A stretch of 64,000 nt of DNA, from the NCBI GenBank assembly GCA_963805855.1, contig CAWDVW010000002.1:480001-544000 (forward strand), read 5' to 3'. The translations under genes and the position numbers were made by a program. Shown here in pieces: positions 21,618 through 31,465 of the stretch (positions within the stretch are counted from its first letter, which is position 1; every line of letters starts with the position of its first letter). The notes below the pieces were generated by a model. The model did not search any database. It saw only the letters and a program-made list of their open reading frames with translations, and had not been told where the DNA came from. This stretch comes from Candidatus Dadabacteria bacterium. GTDB taxonomy: Bacteria > Desulfobacterota_D > UBA1144 > Nemesobacterales > CSP1-2.

Positions 21618-22490
21618 TTAATCAACACCGAAAACCAGGGCTATCCAATCTCCATCCCTGAACTCTTCCCGTAAGACTAATGAAGTCGTCTCCATTCCAG
21701 AAAGCAGCTCATCCCTCCTCGAAAACGGGATTCCCGACAATATCAGTAAGCCCGCCTGGCCCAACCTAGATTCGAGCTCATCCCTCATATGTAGCAACTC
21801 CTCCACTGATATATTCGCGATCATCAAATCAAATTTTCCTTTAATGCTTTCTATGTATCCACAAACCAGATTCACCTTGTCAGAAATCGAGTTTCTTTTT
21901 AAATTCTCTTCTGCCTCCTTCACCGCAACTTTGTCCATATCAAAGGCGACAACTCGCTTCGCGCCAAGTTTCGCCGCAACGATCGAAAGTATTCCGCTTC
22001 CACAACCCGCATCGAGTACTCTCTTAGAATAGGGAGCGTCAAGTAATCGCTCGATAAGCCTTATACACAGTGTTGTTGATTCGTGATGACCGGTCCCAAA
22101 AGCCAGCGAAGGGTTAATTTCAATTACGATTTCCGAATCGGTGGGATGATATTTTTCCCACGGAGGTCTTATGATTATCCTGTCGCTGATCCTTACTTGT
22201 TTCAATTTCTTCTTCCACAAGTCCCAACTCGATTTATCAAGCTCCTCTGTTTTTATATTATCAACAGAAAACCCCTCCATAATACTTTGCAAAAAGCCGA
22301 CGTAATCCTCTAGCCTCTCCATGACATGATTAATATCAATCGCCTGCGAGAAATATCCAGAGACCTCGACTTTCCCGTTATCCAGTAGATCCTCAGCAAC
22401 AGAAAATGCATCGAGTCCGAGAAGAAAATCGGAAAGTAATGACTTGCCCTCTCCGCGGACAATGATAGACAATTTCACCAGCTTAAGCAT
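21618..22490 (-). CDS. prmA: Ribosomal protein L11 methyltransferase
   Basis: AFGTGHHESTTLC, LDAGCGSGILS, ILSGI. Confidence 0.92.
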   Translation of the reverse strand: MLKLVKLSIIVRGEGKSLLSDFLLGLDAFSVAEDLLDNGKVEVSGYFSQAIDINHVMERLEDYVGFLQSIMEGFSVDNIKTEELDKSSWDLWKKKLKQVRISDRIIIRPPWEKYHPTDSEIVIEINPSLAFGTGHHESTTLCIRLIERLLDAPYSKRVLDAGCGSGILSIVAAKLGAKRVVAFDMDKVAVKEAEENLKRNSISDKVNLVCGYIESIKGKFDLMIANISVEELLHMRDELESRLGQAGLLILSGIPFSRRDELLSGMETTSLVLREEFRDGDWIALVFGVD

Positions 22491-22678
22491 TATTCCTTCT
22501 CAACAGCTTATGTTTATTTAAATTAATTATACACGAGTAAGGAGATCACTTTTGCCTCTATTTGCGGGTAACGATACTCTCTTGCGGCTTGGATGAGAGA
22601 AGGATTCTAAAGGTTAAGCCTTTTGGAGATTGAGAATATGTACATTTACAGATCATCCTGAAATGATATAATTTCGTC

Positions 22679-23041
22679 ATGGAGTTTTCGAAGCGCCTGT
22701 TTTTCAAGGACCTGTTAGAAGGAAAAATAAATCAGCTTTTAGGCTCTGCTGGAAAAACCATGAGTCAAATGATCAAAGAAGGTGACCCTTTTCCCGACCC
22801 AGTCGACAGAGCAATGTCTGAATCCGGAAGAAACATTGAGCTAAGAAAACGCGATCGAGAAAGAAAGCTGATTCAAAAAATTGCCAAAGCAATTCAAAAA
22901 ACCGAAGATGGAACCTATGGTGTTTGCGAAGAATGTGGAAACGAGATCTCGGAAAGTAGGCTTAGAGTGAGACCGGAAGCGACACTTTGCATTAAATGCA
23001 AAGAAGAACAAGAAGAAAAAGAAAAGCAGTTTGGTTTATAA
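22679..23041 (+). CDS. dksA: RNA polymerase-binding protein DksA
   Basis: FPDPVDRA, RDRERKLI, YGVCEECG...LCIKCK. Confidence 0.9.
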   Translation: MEFSKRLFFKDLLEGKINQLLGSAGKTMSQMIKEGDPFPDPVDRAMSESGRNIELRKRDRERKLIQKIAKAIQKTEDGTYGVCEECGNEISESRLRVRPEATLCIKCKEEQEEKEKQFGL

Positions 23042-23056
23042 AGCAATTACGTACCT

Positions 23057-23512
23057 TCATCTTTTCCCACCAAAAACAAAACCATCAAGGAAGTCGGCAT
23101 CCGATTCTTTAATTATTCTCCATTTACCGTCAATCTTCTCAAATACGAGGTTTTCACTAAGCCTGAAGGCACCCTTATCTTTATCAATTCGTAATTTCAC
23201 GTCCGTTCTCTGTGCGACATTCGCCCTATTACCCTCTATATATATGCTTTGATCCTTGCTACTTATTTGAATATCATCAAAAAGCGATACGTTTGTCTCA
23301 AACTGCTTCTTTAACTTATCAATATCAATGACCTCGCCATTTTTATCCACGCGGTAGCCAGGCGAGATACATTCGAGATAGAGTTCGAGGTTCTTAGTTT
23401 CTAATGCCCTCTGCCTTTGCGAAAGTACTGATTCTATCTCTTTTCTATCGGAGTTACCGCAAGAACCGACCAAGACTATCAAGCATATAAAGAGTAAGGA
23501 TATTCTGATCAT
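23057..23512 (-). CDS. NTF2/SnoaL-like lipoprotein
   Basis: Lipobox VGSC; C-terminal FEKIDGKWRII typical of NTF2-like folds. Confidence 0.6.
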   Translation of the reverse strand: MIRISLLFICLIVLVGSCGNSDRKEIESVLSQRQRALETKNLELYLECISPGYRVDKNGEVIDIDKLKKQFETNVSLFDDIQISSKDQSIYIEGNRANVAQRTDVKLRIDKDKGAFRLSENLVFEKIDGKWRIIKESDADFLDGFVFGGKR

Positions 23513-24321
23513 CCCTCTTTCGATTCTTCTTTAGCGTTGGTGTCAATTTTCTGAAGTAAAGTTTCCGCCTTTCTGCGGTATTCCGTATCGGGAAATTCAT
23601 CTACAACCCGCTTAAGTGTAGCTCTAGCCAGGATATTATCACCCATTCTGAAATAAGAATTTCCTAAAAGATACAGCGCTTTTTCAAACTCTTTTGTATC
23701 ACTATACTGGCTCACAACCACATTATATCTATTTGCGGCAGCTTTGAAATTTTTTCTCTTCGAATAATAATTACCTATGTATATTTCACGCATTGCGAGC
23801 CTGTTACGACATTCTGAAATCTTTTCATTAGCCTTGCCTATCAGAGGCGATTCCGGATATTTTTCAACAAAAAATTCAAACCATTTCAGTGCTTCTCTGG
23901 TACTGGTAGGATCCCTATCCGGCTTTTTCACCTGCCTATAGTGCGAAAGCGCTAACCTGTAGGTCGCATATGAGGCTTCATCGCTTCCCGGATGGCGTTT
24001 TAAGAATTCTTCGTATTCTATAGCCGCTTGCTCATACTCCTCTTTTTTAAAATAGGCGTCAGCAGTCTTAAGTTCGGCAAGAATAGAGTACTTGCTATAT
24101 GGATCTCTTAGTTGTATTTCCTTTAACATCTTGAACAAGGTTTTATAATCCGTTCCGGTAAATATCCAGGGAAATCCCCTCTTTTCACTTTCAAGCATCT
24201 CAACAGCCTGCTGATACAGTTGTTCATCACTCAGCCCCTGATCAATTCTCTTTTTCCCACAGCCGAATGATAAGAGGACCAATAGTGTTAAAGCTATGGA
24301 TAGGACCTTAGACGAATTCAT
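23509..24321 (-). CDS. bamD: Outer membrane protein assembly factor BamD
   Basis: Lipobox SFGC, TPR repeats, DRDPTSTREA, YPES, AAANRY. Confidence 0.88.
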   Translation of the reverse strand: MNSSKVLSIALTLLVLLSFGCGKKRIDQGLSDEQLYQQAVEMLESEKRGFPWIFTGTDYKTLFKMLKEIQLRDPYSKYSILAELKTADAYFKKEEYEQAAIEYEEFLKRHPGSDEASYATYRLALSHYRQVKKPDRDPTSTREALKWFEFFVEKYPESPLIGKANEKISECRNRLAMREIYIGNYYSKRKNFKAAANRYNVVVSQYSDTKEFEKALYLLGNSYFRMGDNILARATLKRVVDEFPDTEYRRKAETLLQKIDTNAKEESKEG

Positions 24322-24684
24322 TTTATTAATTAGGTTTTAAATTGTTGGCGTGGTAACAGTTTCGTAACAATATACCAATTATGAAGGTATTAAACAACTG
24401 GAGCTTGTGCCCCTTTGCACCATGACGTTTACCGTGTTGGGTGTAACGGGAACCCTATCTCATGGATCTTTCTCCCTTTTGGTACTCCAATTGTCAAATT
24501 AACCAAGTATAATCATTAGATTTTCATAAACATAACCTATTAGAATTATTAATACTAATTTTGCCTAAAAATTCGAACGCCATTTTGTAACGGGATCAAA
24601 ATTTCATTATATTTCTGTTAATTACAGTCCGTGAATTCAAACCTTTATAAAGATTACGAAATAGTATAGATAAGTAGCTATAGA

Positions 24685-25707
24685 ATGGTCAGATTTATCG
24701 ACGAGGCAAAAATAAATGTTCGATCAGGCAGAGGTGGTAATGGATGTGTGAGCTTCAGGCGTGAAAAGTTCGTCCCCCGAGGAGGTCCAAACGGGGGCGA
24801 CGGAGGTAATGGTGGAGACGTTGTGCTCAAAGCCGCAGCAAATAAGAATTCCCTCCTTGACTTCAGATATAAACAGCACTACAGGGCAAGAAATGGTCAG
24901 CATGGAAGGGGCAAGAATCAGCACGGGAAAACAGCTCCATCCCTGACAATCCCGGTTCCGATGGGCACCGTCGTCAAGAACTATGAAACGGACGAAATCA
25001 TGGGGGATCTTGTATCAGACGGTCAAGAAATAGTAGTGGCGAAGGGTGGACGGGGAGGAAGGGGGAATTCACACTTTAAAACGTCAGTAAACAGGGCCCC
25101 AAAGTATGCTGAGCAGGGTGGAGAAGAGGAAGAAAAGACCATCAAGCTCGAGCTCAAACTCCTTGCCGACGTAAGCGTGATTGGTTTCCCGAATGCGGGA
25201 AAATCGAGCCTGATCACCAAAATTTCTGCAGCACGTCCAAAAGTCGCAGACTATCCCTTTACGACACTCATCCCAAATCTAGGAGTCGTAAGCTACGACG
25301 AAGGGAAGACATTTGTAGTAGCCGACGTCCCCGGTTTGATAAAAGGGGCACATACGGGCGCTGGTTTGGGCATAACATTCCTAAAACACATAGAAAGAAC
25401 AAAGATTATTATTCACCTTATCGATATATCACCCCTTACCAAACGAGATCCTGTAGGAGACTACAAAATCTTGAACAATGAGCTCGAAGCGTATAGTCCC
25501 GACCTTAAAAAAAAGCCTCAGATTGTCGCCTTAAACAAGATCGATCTCAGGGAAGCAAATAAACGACTGGTGGAGATAAGAAAAAAATTTAAAAAAATTG
25601 GAGTCGAAGTCTTCCCCATTTCAGCCGTAACCGGCGAGGGAATAAATGAGCTTATAAAACAGACGGCCAGGGAATTAAAAGTCGTTGAACCAGATAATTC
25701 TAAATAG
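24685..25707 (+). CDS. obgE: GTPase ObgE/CgtA
   Basis: FIDEAKI, Gly-rich Obg fold, GFPNAGKSS, YPFTT, DVPG, NKID. Confidence 0.97.
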   Translation: MVRFIDEAKINVRSGRGGNGCVSFRREKFVPRGGPNGGDGGNGGDVVLKAAANKNSLLDFRYKQHYRARNGQHGRGKNQHGKTAPSLTIPVPMGTVVKNYETDEIMGDLVSDGQEIVVAKGGRGGRGNSHFKTSVNRAPKYAEQGGEEEEKTIKLELKLLADVSVIGFPNAGKSSLITKISAARPKVADYPFTTLIPNLGVVSYDEGKTFVVADVPGLIKGAHTGAGLGITFLKHIERTKIIIHLIDISPLTKRDPVGDYKILNNELEAYSPDLKKKPQIVALNKIDLREANKRLVEIRKKFKKIGVEVFPISAVTGEGINELIKQTARELKVVEPDNSK

Positions 25708-25853
25708 TACAACCTTCACTCAATGCTATTTTTTAATGGCCTTCCAAAAATTGCGTTAAGAAAATCGCGAACGAAGACGTATAGAAAAATTTGCGGGATG
25801 CGGTTGAATTAAATTTTTTAGTCGGAGTTCATGATTTTCAGCAAATTTTTGGG

Positions 25854-25900
25854 CAGCCTTGATTTTTGTTTCTTTGTATCAAGACAAAGAAAGAAAAAAA
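25854..25900. repeat. Palindromic repeat TTCTTTGT-ATCAAG-ACAAAGAA, copy 1
   Basis: Nearly identical to the reverse complement of 56914-56961. Confidence 0.8.
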
Positions 25901-26003
25901 TAGGCAATAGAAGATAGGTGAATAGCCCCGTGGGAAGCCGGGGCGGATTCGCGACTTCATTAAGCCTATTCTGAGCTATTCAAGAAAATTTACATCTCTC
26001 TTT

Positions 26004-26312
26004 TCAGGCCTCTATTTCTTTGTTGATCCTCTCGGCTGTTTTTTTCGCGTCTATTATCGCATAAATCCACAATATAAGCCCGGCCACGGTATAACCTAGA
26101 ACGATGTATAATGCTGACATGTCGGACATCGACCCCCCGGACTCCATAATAGCCTCGAGCGGGCTAATTAAAAGGTAATTGATAATCAAATTGAGAACGA
26201 TAAGAACCACGCCCTTCGGTATCTGCTTGACATATATCTGACCAAGACCAGGAAATATCGCAGAGAGAATAAGGGCAATTGTAGGATTCTTCCTTTTTTG
26301 TTCGTCAGCCAT
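26004..26312 (-). CDS. Small membrane protein (TM2/DUF5683-like)
   Basis: KNPTIALILSAIFPGLGQIY...WIYAIIDA; GGAG upstream of ATG 26312. Confidence 0.7.
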   Translation of the reverse strand: MADEQKRKNPTIALILSAIFPGLGQIYVKQIPKGVVLIVLNLIINYLLISPLEAIMESGGSMSDMSALYIVLGYTVAGLILWIYAIIDAKKTAERINKEIEA

Positions 26313-26472
26313 TTTTTTTATCTCCATATGAATAATGATCTCTATTTTCGCATTTTTTAAGACATATTCTAACACATAAAGAGAAAACTTTATCCGTTAT
26401 ACTCTGCTTTGATTATTTGTCTGATAAGACGTACAATAAATAGCATCCCCAGTCAAAAGGAATCCTAAGAGT

Positions 26473-26874
26473 ATCTCAAAAACTGTCACGCTCACCGTAG
26501 ACCCTATTATAATCACAAGCGATAAAAAATTAATCCTGGTAAAAAGGAGTTTTGACCCCTACAAGGACTGCTGGGCATTTCCGGGAGGAATCGTTGAATA
26601 TGGCGAAACTGTCGAGAGTGCGGCAATTAGAGAAGCAAAGGAGGAAACCGGTCTCGATGTAAGAATAGAAAGACTTCTGGGAGTCTATTCCGATCCAAAG
26701 AGAGACCCCAGGGGTCATTACGTGTCGGTTTGTTTTCTATGCGAACCGGTGGGTGGAACATTAAAGACCAGTGAGGAAACAAAAGAGGTAAAGGGATTTA
26801 CAAAAGAGGACTTGATATCCGTAAAACTCGCATTTGATCATAGAAAGATCCTGGACGACCAAAATTTAGTCTGA
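26473..26874 (+). CDS. Nudix hydrolase with no canonical start codon
   Basis: Stop-free frame 26440-26874 with LTVDPII, WAFPGGIVEYGETVESAAIREAKEETGL (Nudix box), RDPRGH, LAFDHRKIL; missed by the ORF track. Confidence 0.88.
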   Translation: MSKTVTLTVDPIIITSDKKLILVKRSFDPYKDCWAFPGGIVEYGETVESAAIREAKEETGLDVRIERLLGVYSDPKRDPRGHYVSVCFLCEPVGGTLKTSEETKEVKGFTKEDLISVKLAFDHRKILDDQNLV

Positions 26875-26957
26875 ATTATCAAAATCATATTTGAGAATTG
26901 TTATTTAAACCACATAATTTTAAATTCAACCTTACCTACTAAATTATGCGACAACCC

Positions 26958-27198
26958 ACCGTTCATCCTGAGCTCCGTCGAAGGATGGTAAGCCCTAGGT
27001 ATCATCACACTTCGACAGGATCAGCGTGAACGGATTTACCTGCTAACAGACCAATCGATAGGCGGGGTTTTCCAACCCCGCATCAACGCCTCTGCACCCT
27101 TCGACGGAGCTCAGGGTGATCGGGTTGGATGATGACATTTTTTTGGAGGCACTGACACTAGCTGATAATTGCAATGTAGCGGCGGACTTGAAGGCTCC
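26958..27198. repeat. Cluster of REP-like palindromes between convergent genes
   Basis: 76-bp element 26958-27033; GATAGGCGGGGTTTTCCAACCCCGC; CCCTTCGACGGAGCTCAGGGTGA; degenerate GTAG-led unit. Confidence 0.8.
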
Positions 27199-27247
27199 AA
27201 ATCTATCTTGCGACGATGGCGTGAACCACAGAACAGGCTAAAGAGGA

Positions 27248-28030
27248 TTAATTGCACTCAGAGAGCAGCTTTCGGAGCTCTTCACCAGGCTCAGGAGCCC
27301 TCATAAATGTCTCTCCGACAAGTAAAACATTTATACCCGCGGCCTTCAGTCTTTTTATATCATCACTAGAACTAATTCCACTTTCGCTGACGATGATTTT
27401 TTCCCTTGGGATTAGCTTGCAAAGTCTTATAGATGTCTCAAGACTCACGTCGAAAGTCTTCAGGTCCCTATTGTTTACCCCAATTATTTTGCCGTCCGCT
27501 TCAATTGCTTTATCCAGTTCCCGTTCGTCATGTATTTCGACGATCGCATCCATATCCAACGAATGTGCGAGTTCCAGGAGTTCTCTTAGGATTGTGGAAT
27601 CGAGGGCCGCTACAATAAGAAGGATAGCATCGGCTCCATATAATCTTGATTCATACACCTGGTAGGGATCGATGATAAAATCCTTTCGCAAAAGGGGCAA
27701 TACTACAGCAGATCTGACATCGCTCAGGTGATCTAAGCTCCCCTTAAAAAATCTAGGATCCGTAAGGACTGATATCGCACTGGCTCCCCCTCTGGCATAG
27801 CTTTTAGAGATTTCAACAGGATCAAAATCCGGCCGTAATACCCCCTTCGAAGGAGAAGCGCACTTAATTTCAGCTATAACCTTCGTACTCCCATCAGGAC
27901 TTATGCTTTCATAGAAGCTCTTTGTATTGTCAAGATTTTGCAACTCACTTTTCAAGAAATCGAGTGGTTTGGATTTCTTTGTCCTCTCAACCTCGGATTT
28001 CTTGTTATCGATGATCTTATTAAGAATCAT
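27248..28030 (-). CDS. trpC: Indole-3-glycerol phosphate synthase
   Basis: IAEIKCASPSKG, LRKDFI, GVNNRDL, SESGI. Confidence 0.96.
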   Translation of the reverse strand: MILNKIIDNKKSEVERTKKSKPLDFLKSELQNLDNTKSFYESISPDGSTKVIAEIKCASPSKGVLRPDFDPVEISKSYARGGASAISVLTDPRFFKGSLDHLSDVRSAVVLPLLRKDFIIDPYQVYESRLYGADAILLIVAALDSTILRELLELAHSLDMDAIVEIHDERELDKAIEADGKIIGVNNRDLKTFDVSLETSIRLCKLIPREKIIVSESGISSSDDIKRLKAAGINVLLVGETFMRAPEPGEELRKLLSECN

Positions 28031-28061
28031 TTCGGAGAGAATATCCGGAATTTGCCGCTAT

Positions 28062-29087
28062 TTAATTATCTTTCCAAGAAACTGTAAATTTGGTCAGGCT
28101 ATTCAGTTTGTTCAGTGCGCTGCCCGTGTCAATCGACTCTTCGGCCAAGGCAACCCCCTCTTTCATATCCGATGCTTTTCCCGCTACCACCAGAGCCGCT
28201 GCTGCATTCAAAACTGATATATCCCTTTTTGCTTCTCTCTCCTCGCCTTTGAGGACTGAAAGCAAAGTCTTCGCATTTTCGACTGTATTCCCACCCCTGA
28301 GCTCTTCCAGTTTCCTCCTTTTAAAACCCAGATCCGCGGGATCAAATTGATATGATTTAACCATTCCATCCTTTAACTCAGCTATGTCCGTCTTTCCGGT
28401 AACGGTAATCTCATCGAGTGAGTCGGAACCGTGAACAACCATTGATCTGACGCATCCCAAGTTCCGAAGCACCTTAGCCATAGGCTTTAGTAAAACGCCC
28501 GAATATATCCCCATAACCTGATGTTTAACACCGGCAGGATTCGTAATTGGACCCAATAAGTTAAAAATTGATCGGATGCCTATCTCCTTCCTCGGCTGCG
28601 AGACAAATCTCATCGCCGGATGATAAATTGGAGCGAAAAGAAAGACAATCCCCACTTCATTCAGGCAGTTTTCAGCTCCCGCCGGCGAAATATTTATATT
28701 GACACCCAACTCTTCTAACACATCGGCGCTACCCGACTGACTGGATACTGAGCGATTCCCATGTTTTGCAACTGGAACCCCAGCCCCCGCAGTGATTAAT
28801 GACGCAACTGTTGAAACATTAAAAGTCATTTGCTGATCGCCCCCGGTGCCACAAAGATCCACAACAGTTTTGTGCCTCGATATAATCCTCTTTGATTTGT
28901 TGATCATTACCTTGGCCGCACCGGTAATCTCTGGTATGGATTCACCTTTCATCCTCAATCCGACAAGCAGTGCAGAAATCTGGCTCGGAGTTGCTATCCC
29001 TTCCATCATCTTCTCCACCACCTCAGACATCTCATCCTCTTCAAGGTCAATTCTCTCAACAACTTTATAAATCGTCTCCTTCAGCAT
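28062..29087 (-). CDS. trpD: Anthranilate phosphoribosyltransferase
   Basis: CGTGGD, FNVST, KHGNRSVSS..GSAD. Confidence 0.96.
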   Translation of the reverse strand: MLKETIYKVVERIDLEEDEMSEVVEKMMEGIATPSQISALLVGLRMKGESIPEITGAAKVMINKSKRIISRHKTVVDLCGTGGDQQMTFNVSTVASLITAGAGVPVAKHGNRSVSSQSGSADVLEELGVNINISPAGAENCLNEVGIVFLFAPIYHPAMRFVSQPRKEIGIRSIFNLLGPITNPAGVKHQVMGIYSGVLLKPMAKVLRNLGCVRSMVVHGSDSLDEITVTGKTDIAELKDGMVKSYQFDPADLGFKRRKLEELRGGNTVENAKTLLSVLKGEEREAKRDISVLNAAAALVVAGKASDMKEGVALAEESIDTGSALNKLNSLTKFTVSWKDN

Positions 29088-29088
29088 T

Positions 29089-29529
29089 TCAGAGCTCCTG
29101 TCTTTCTAGTGCTATCCTAATTCTATCCAGAATTCCGTTTATGAATGACCCAGACTCTTCGGTCCCAAATTTCTTTGCCAGTTCCACGGCCTCGTTTATG
29201 GTAACAGGGGGTGGTATATTCCTCAAGTATGCCAGCTCGTAAGTCGCCATGCGTAGAATATTCCGGTCGATGGTTGGCATTCGCGATAGTCGCCAATTCT
29301 TTGAATACTTACTTATTATCTGATCAATCCCTTCCATATTTTCACATGAGCCCGTTATAAGAACAGTCGCGAACTCTTTTACATCTTCATTGATTGAAGC
29401 ATCTTTCGCCGACCAGAATAGATTGATCTGTTGTTTTATATCTGAGTCTTCTAGGCAGGTTTCTCTTTGGGAGTCATACTGGTAAAGAAATTGAAGTGCA
29501 ATTTCTCGAGCTCTTCTCCTTTTACCCAT
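29089..29529 (-). CDS. nusB: Transcription antitermination factor NusB
   Basis: RRRAREIALQ, DRNILR, INEAVELAK, FINGILD. Confidence 0.96.
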   Translation of the reverse strand: MGKRRRAREIALQFLYQYDSQRETCLEDSDIKQQINLFWSAKDASINEDVKEFATVLITGSCENMEGIDQIISKYSKNWRLSRMPTIDRNILRMATYELAYLRNIPPPVTINEAVELAKKFGTEESGSFINGILDRIRIALERQEL

Positions 29530-29541
29530 GTCGGCGGGATA

Positions 29542-30018
29542 CTATTTCTTCCTTGGAAGAACCTTCTTAAGATTTGCCATCTCTATGGCGCTAAGGGCAG
29601 CCTCTCCACCTCGGTTTCCAGACTTAGTCCCCCCCCGCTCAATAGCTTGTTCTAGGGTTTCTGTGGTTAATACACCAGAAACAATTGGGATGCTATATTC
29701 CAAACTCAGTGAGGCAAGATTATTGATGACCGTCGAGGATAAATAGTCGAAATGAGGGGTTTCTCCCCTTATTATTACCCCTATAGCAATTATTGCATCG
29801 TAAATTGAAGAGCTAGCAGCTACCTTCACAGCAAAGGGAATCTCGAATGAACCTGGAACCTTAATAATATCAATGTCTGACTCCGAAGCGTTATGCCGCT
29901 GGAGCACATCCAATGCCCCATAAACCATGTGATTTGTAATGAAGTCATTGAATCGGCTCGCAACAATGGCAAATTTAAGCCCTTTTGCGTTGAGTTTTCC
30001 TTCATAAATTTGAGGCAT
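29542..30018 (-). CDS. ribH: 6,7-dimethyl-8-ribityllumazine synthase
   Basis: SRFN, VPGSFEIP, IRGETPHFDY. Confidence 0.96.
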   Translation of the reverse strand: MPQIYEGKLNAKGLKFAIVASRFNDFITNHMVYGALDVLQRHNASESDIDIIKVPGSFEIPFAVKVAASSSIYDAIIAIGVIIRGETPHFDYLSSTVINNLASLSLEYSIPIVSGVLTTETLEQAIERGGTKSGNRGGEAALSAIEMANLKKVLPRKK

Positions 30019-30030
30019 GCGTTTTCCTTC

Positions 30031-31239
30031 TCAGTCTACCATAGATAAAAGGTGTCCGAGTTTGTCCTTTTTTACCTTGAGATAATTAGAGTTTCTTTCA
30101 TTAGGGGGGATCTCGATGGGCACCCTTTCAACAATCTGAAGACCAAAGCCCTCTAGTCCCTTTATCTTTTTCGGGTTGTTAGTCAAGAGCCTCATATTTC
30201 TCACGCCAAGATCATTCAGGATTTGTGCGCCTATGCCGTAATCCCTCAGGTCAGGTTTAAATCCCAAAACTTCATTAGCCTCTACTGTATCAAAGCCATT
30301 ATCCTGAAGCGCGTACGCCTTTATCTTGTTGATCAGGCCAATCCCCCTTCCCTCCTGACGCATATATAGAATGACACCCATTCCCTCCTCTTCGATTATA
30401 CGCATCGCCTGACGAATTTGCGGACCACAATCACACCTCAGTGAGCCAAAAACATCACTCGTAAGACACTCGGAATGCACCCTCACGAGTATATCCCTAT
30501 TCGAATCGATTTCACCCTTTACGAATGCAACATGATGCTGAGGATCTATTTCATTTTCGTAGACTATCGTATTGAACTCCCCAAAAGAGGTCGGGACAAT
30601 AGCCGATGCTGCCCTGCTCACCAGGCATTCAGCCCGGAGTCTATAACTGATAAGCTCTGCGATTGTTACCATCTTGATACCATGCTTTTCAGCAAATGTT
30701 TCCAGATCAGGCAATCGCGCCATGTCACCATCATCCTTCATGATCTCGCAAATCACAGATGCGGGTTTCAATCCCGTAAGTCTAGCGAGATCAACTGAAC
30801 CCTCGGTATGTCCTGCCCTGACCAAAACACCTCCCCGCCTGGAAATAAGTGGAAAAACATGCCCGGGCCTTACAAAATCCTCTGGCTTTGCGTGGTCTGA
30901 GATTGCTAATTGAATAGTTGACGACCTGTCGTATGCGGATATGCCCGTTGTAATATCCTTCCTTGCATCGATTGGAATGGTAAACGCAGTGTACTGAGGA
31001 ACGGAACTATTTTCGGGTTTAATCGGCTGGAGGCTCAAAGAATCTGCTTTTTCCTGGGTAATCGCCAAGCATACCAGCCCCCTTCCGTGTTTTGCCATGA
31101 AATTTATTACCTCGGGCGTGGCAAACTCGGCAGCGATCACGAGGTCACCCTCATTTTCCCTGTCCTCATCATCCACGAGGATGACCATTTTCTTGTTTCT
31201 TATGTCTTCAATAACTTCTTCAATCGAAGAAATTGCCAT
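30031..31239 (-). CDS. ribBA: Bifunctional DHBP synthase/GTP cyclohydrolase II
   Basis: DDEDRENEGD, RAGHTE, RVHSECLT, CDCG, QEGRGIG. Confidence 0.96.
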   Translation of the reverse strand: MAISSIEEVIEDIRNKKMVILVDDEDRENEGDLVIAAEFATPEVINFMAKHGRGLVCLAITQEKADSLSLQPIKPENSSVPQYTAFTIPIDARKDITTGISAYDRSSTIQLAISDHAKPEDFVRPGHVFPLISRRGGVLVRAGHTEGSVDLARLTGLKPASVICEIMKDDGDMARLPDLETFAEKHGIKMVTIAELISYRLRAECLVSRAASAIVPTSFGEFNTIVYENEIDPQHHVAFVKGEIDSNRDILVRVHSECLTSDVFGSLRCDCGPQIRQAMRIIEEEGMGVILYMRQEGRGIGLINKIKAYALQDNGFDTVEANEVLGFKPDLRDYGIGAQILNDLGVRNMRLLTNNPKKIKGLEGFGLQIVERVPIEIPPNERNSNYLKVKKDKLGHLLSMVD

Positions 31240-31465
31240 ATCACTGCCTTCTCATCTCTTGAAAAAAAAAGAAAAACACCTAAATTAGTAGTCTAAAATA
31301 ATAAGCTAATAAGGAATTTTGTCAACTAAATCATCCAACACGAAAGATACCTATCTTTAACACTATAATGCGATAATCAGGGTTCTTTAATACCATTGCG
31401 CACGTAATAGAACCGCCTAGTTGCATTTTACTTAAATGGATACTAGGGGCCCCTGCGCACGATAA

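Noticed and set aside
31240-31465. Possible FMN riboswitch upstream of ribBA
   Set aside because: No RFN consensus segments visible.
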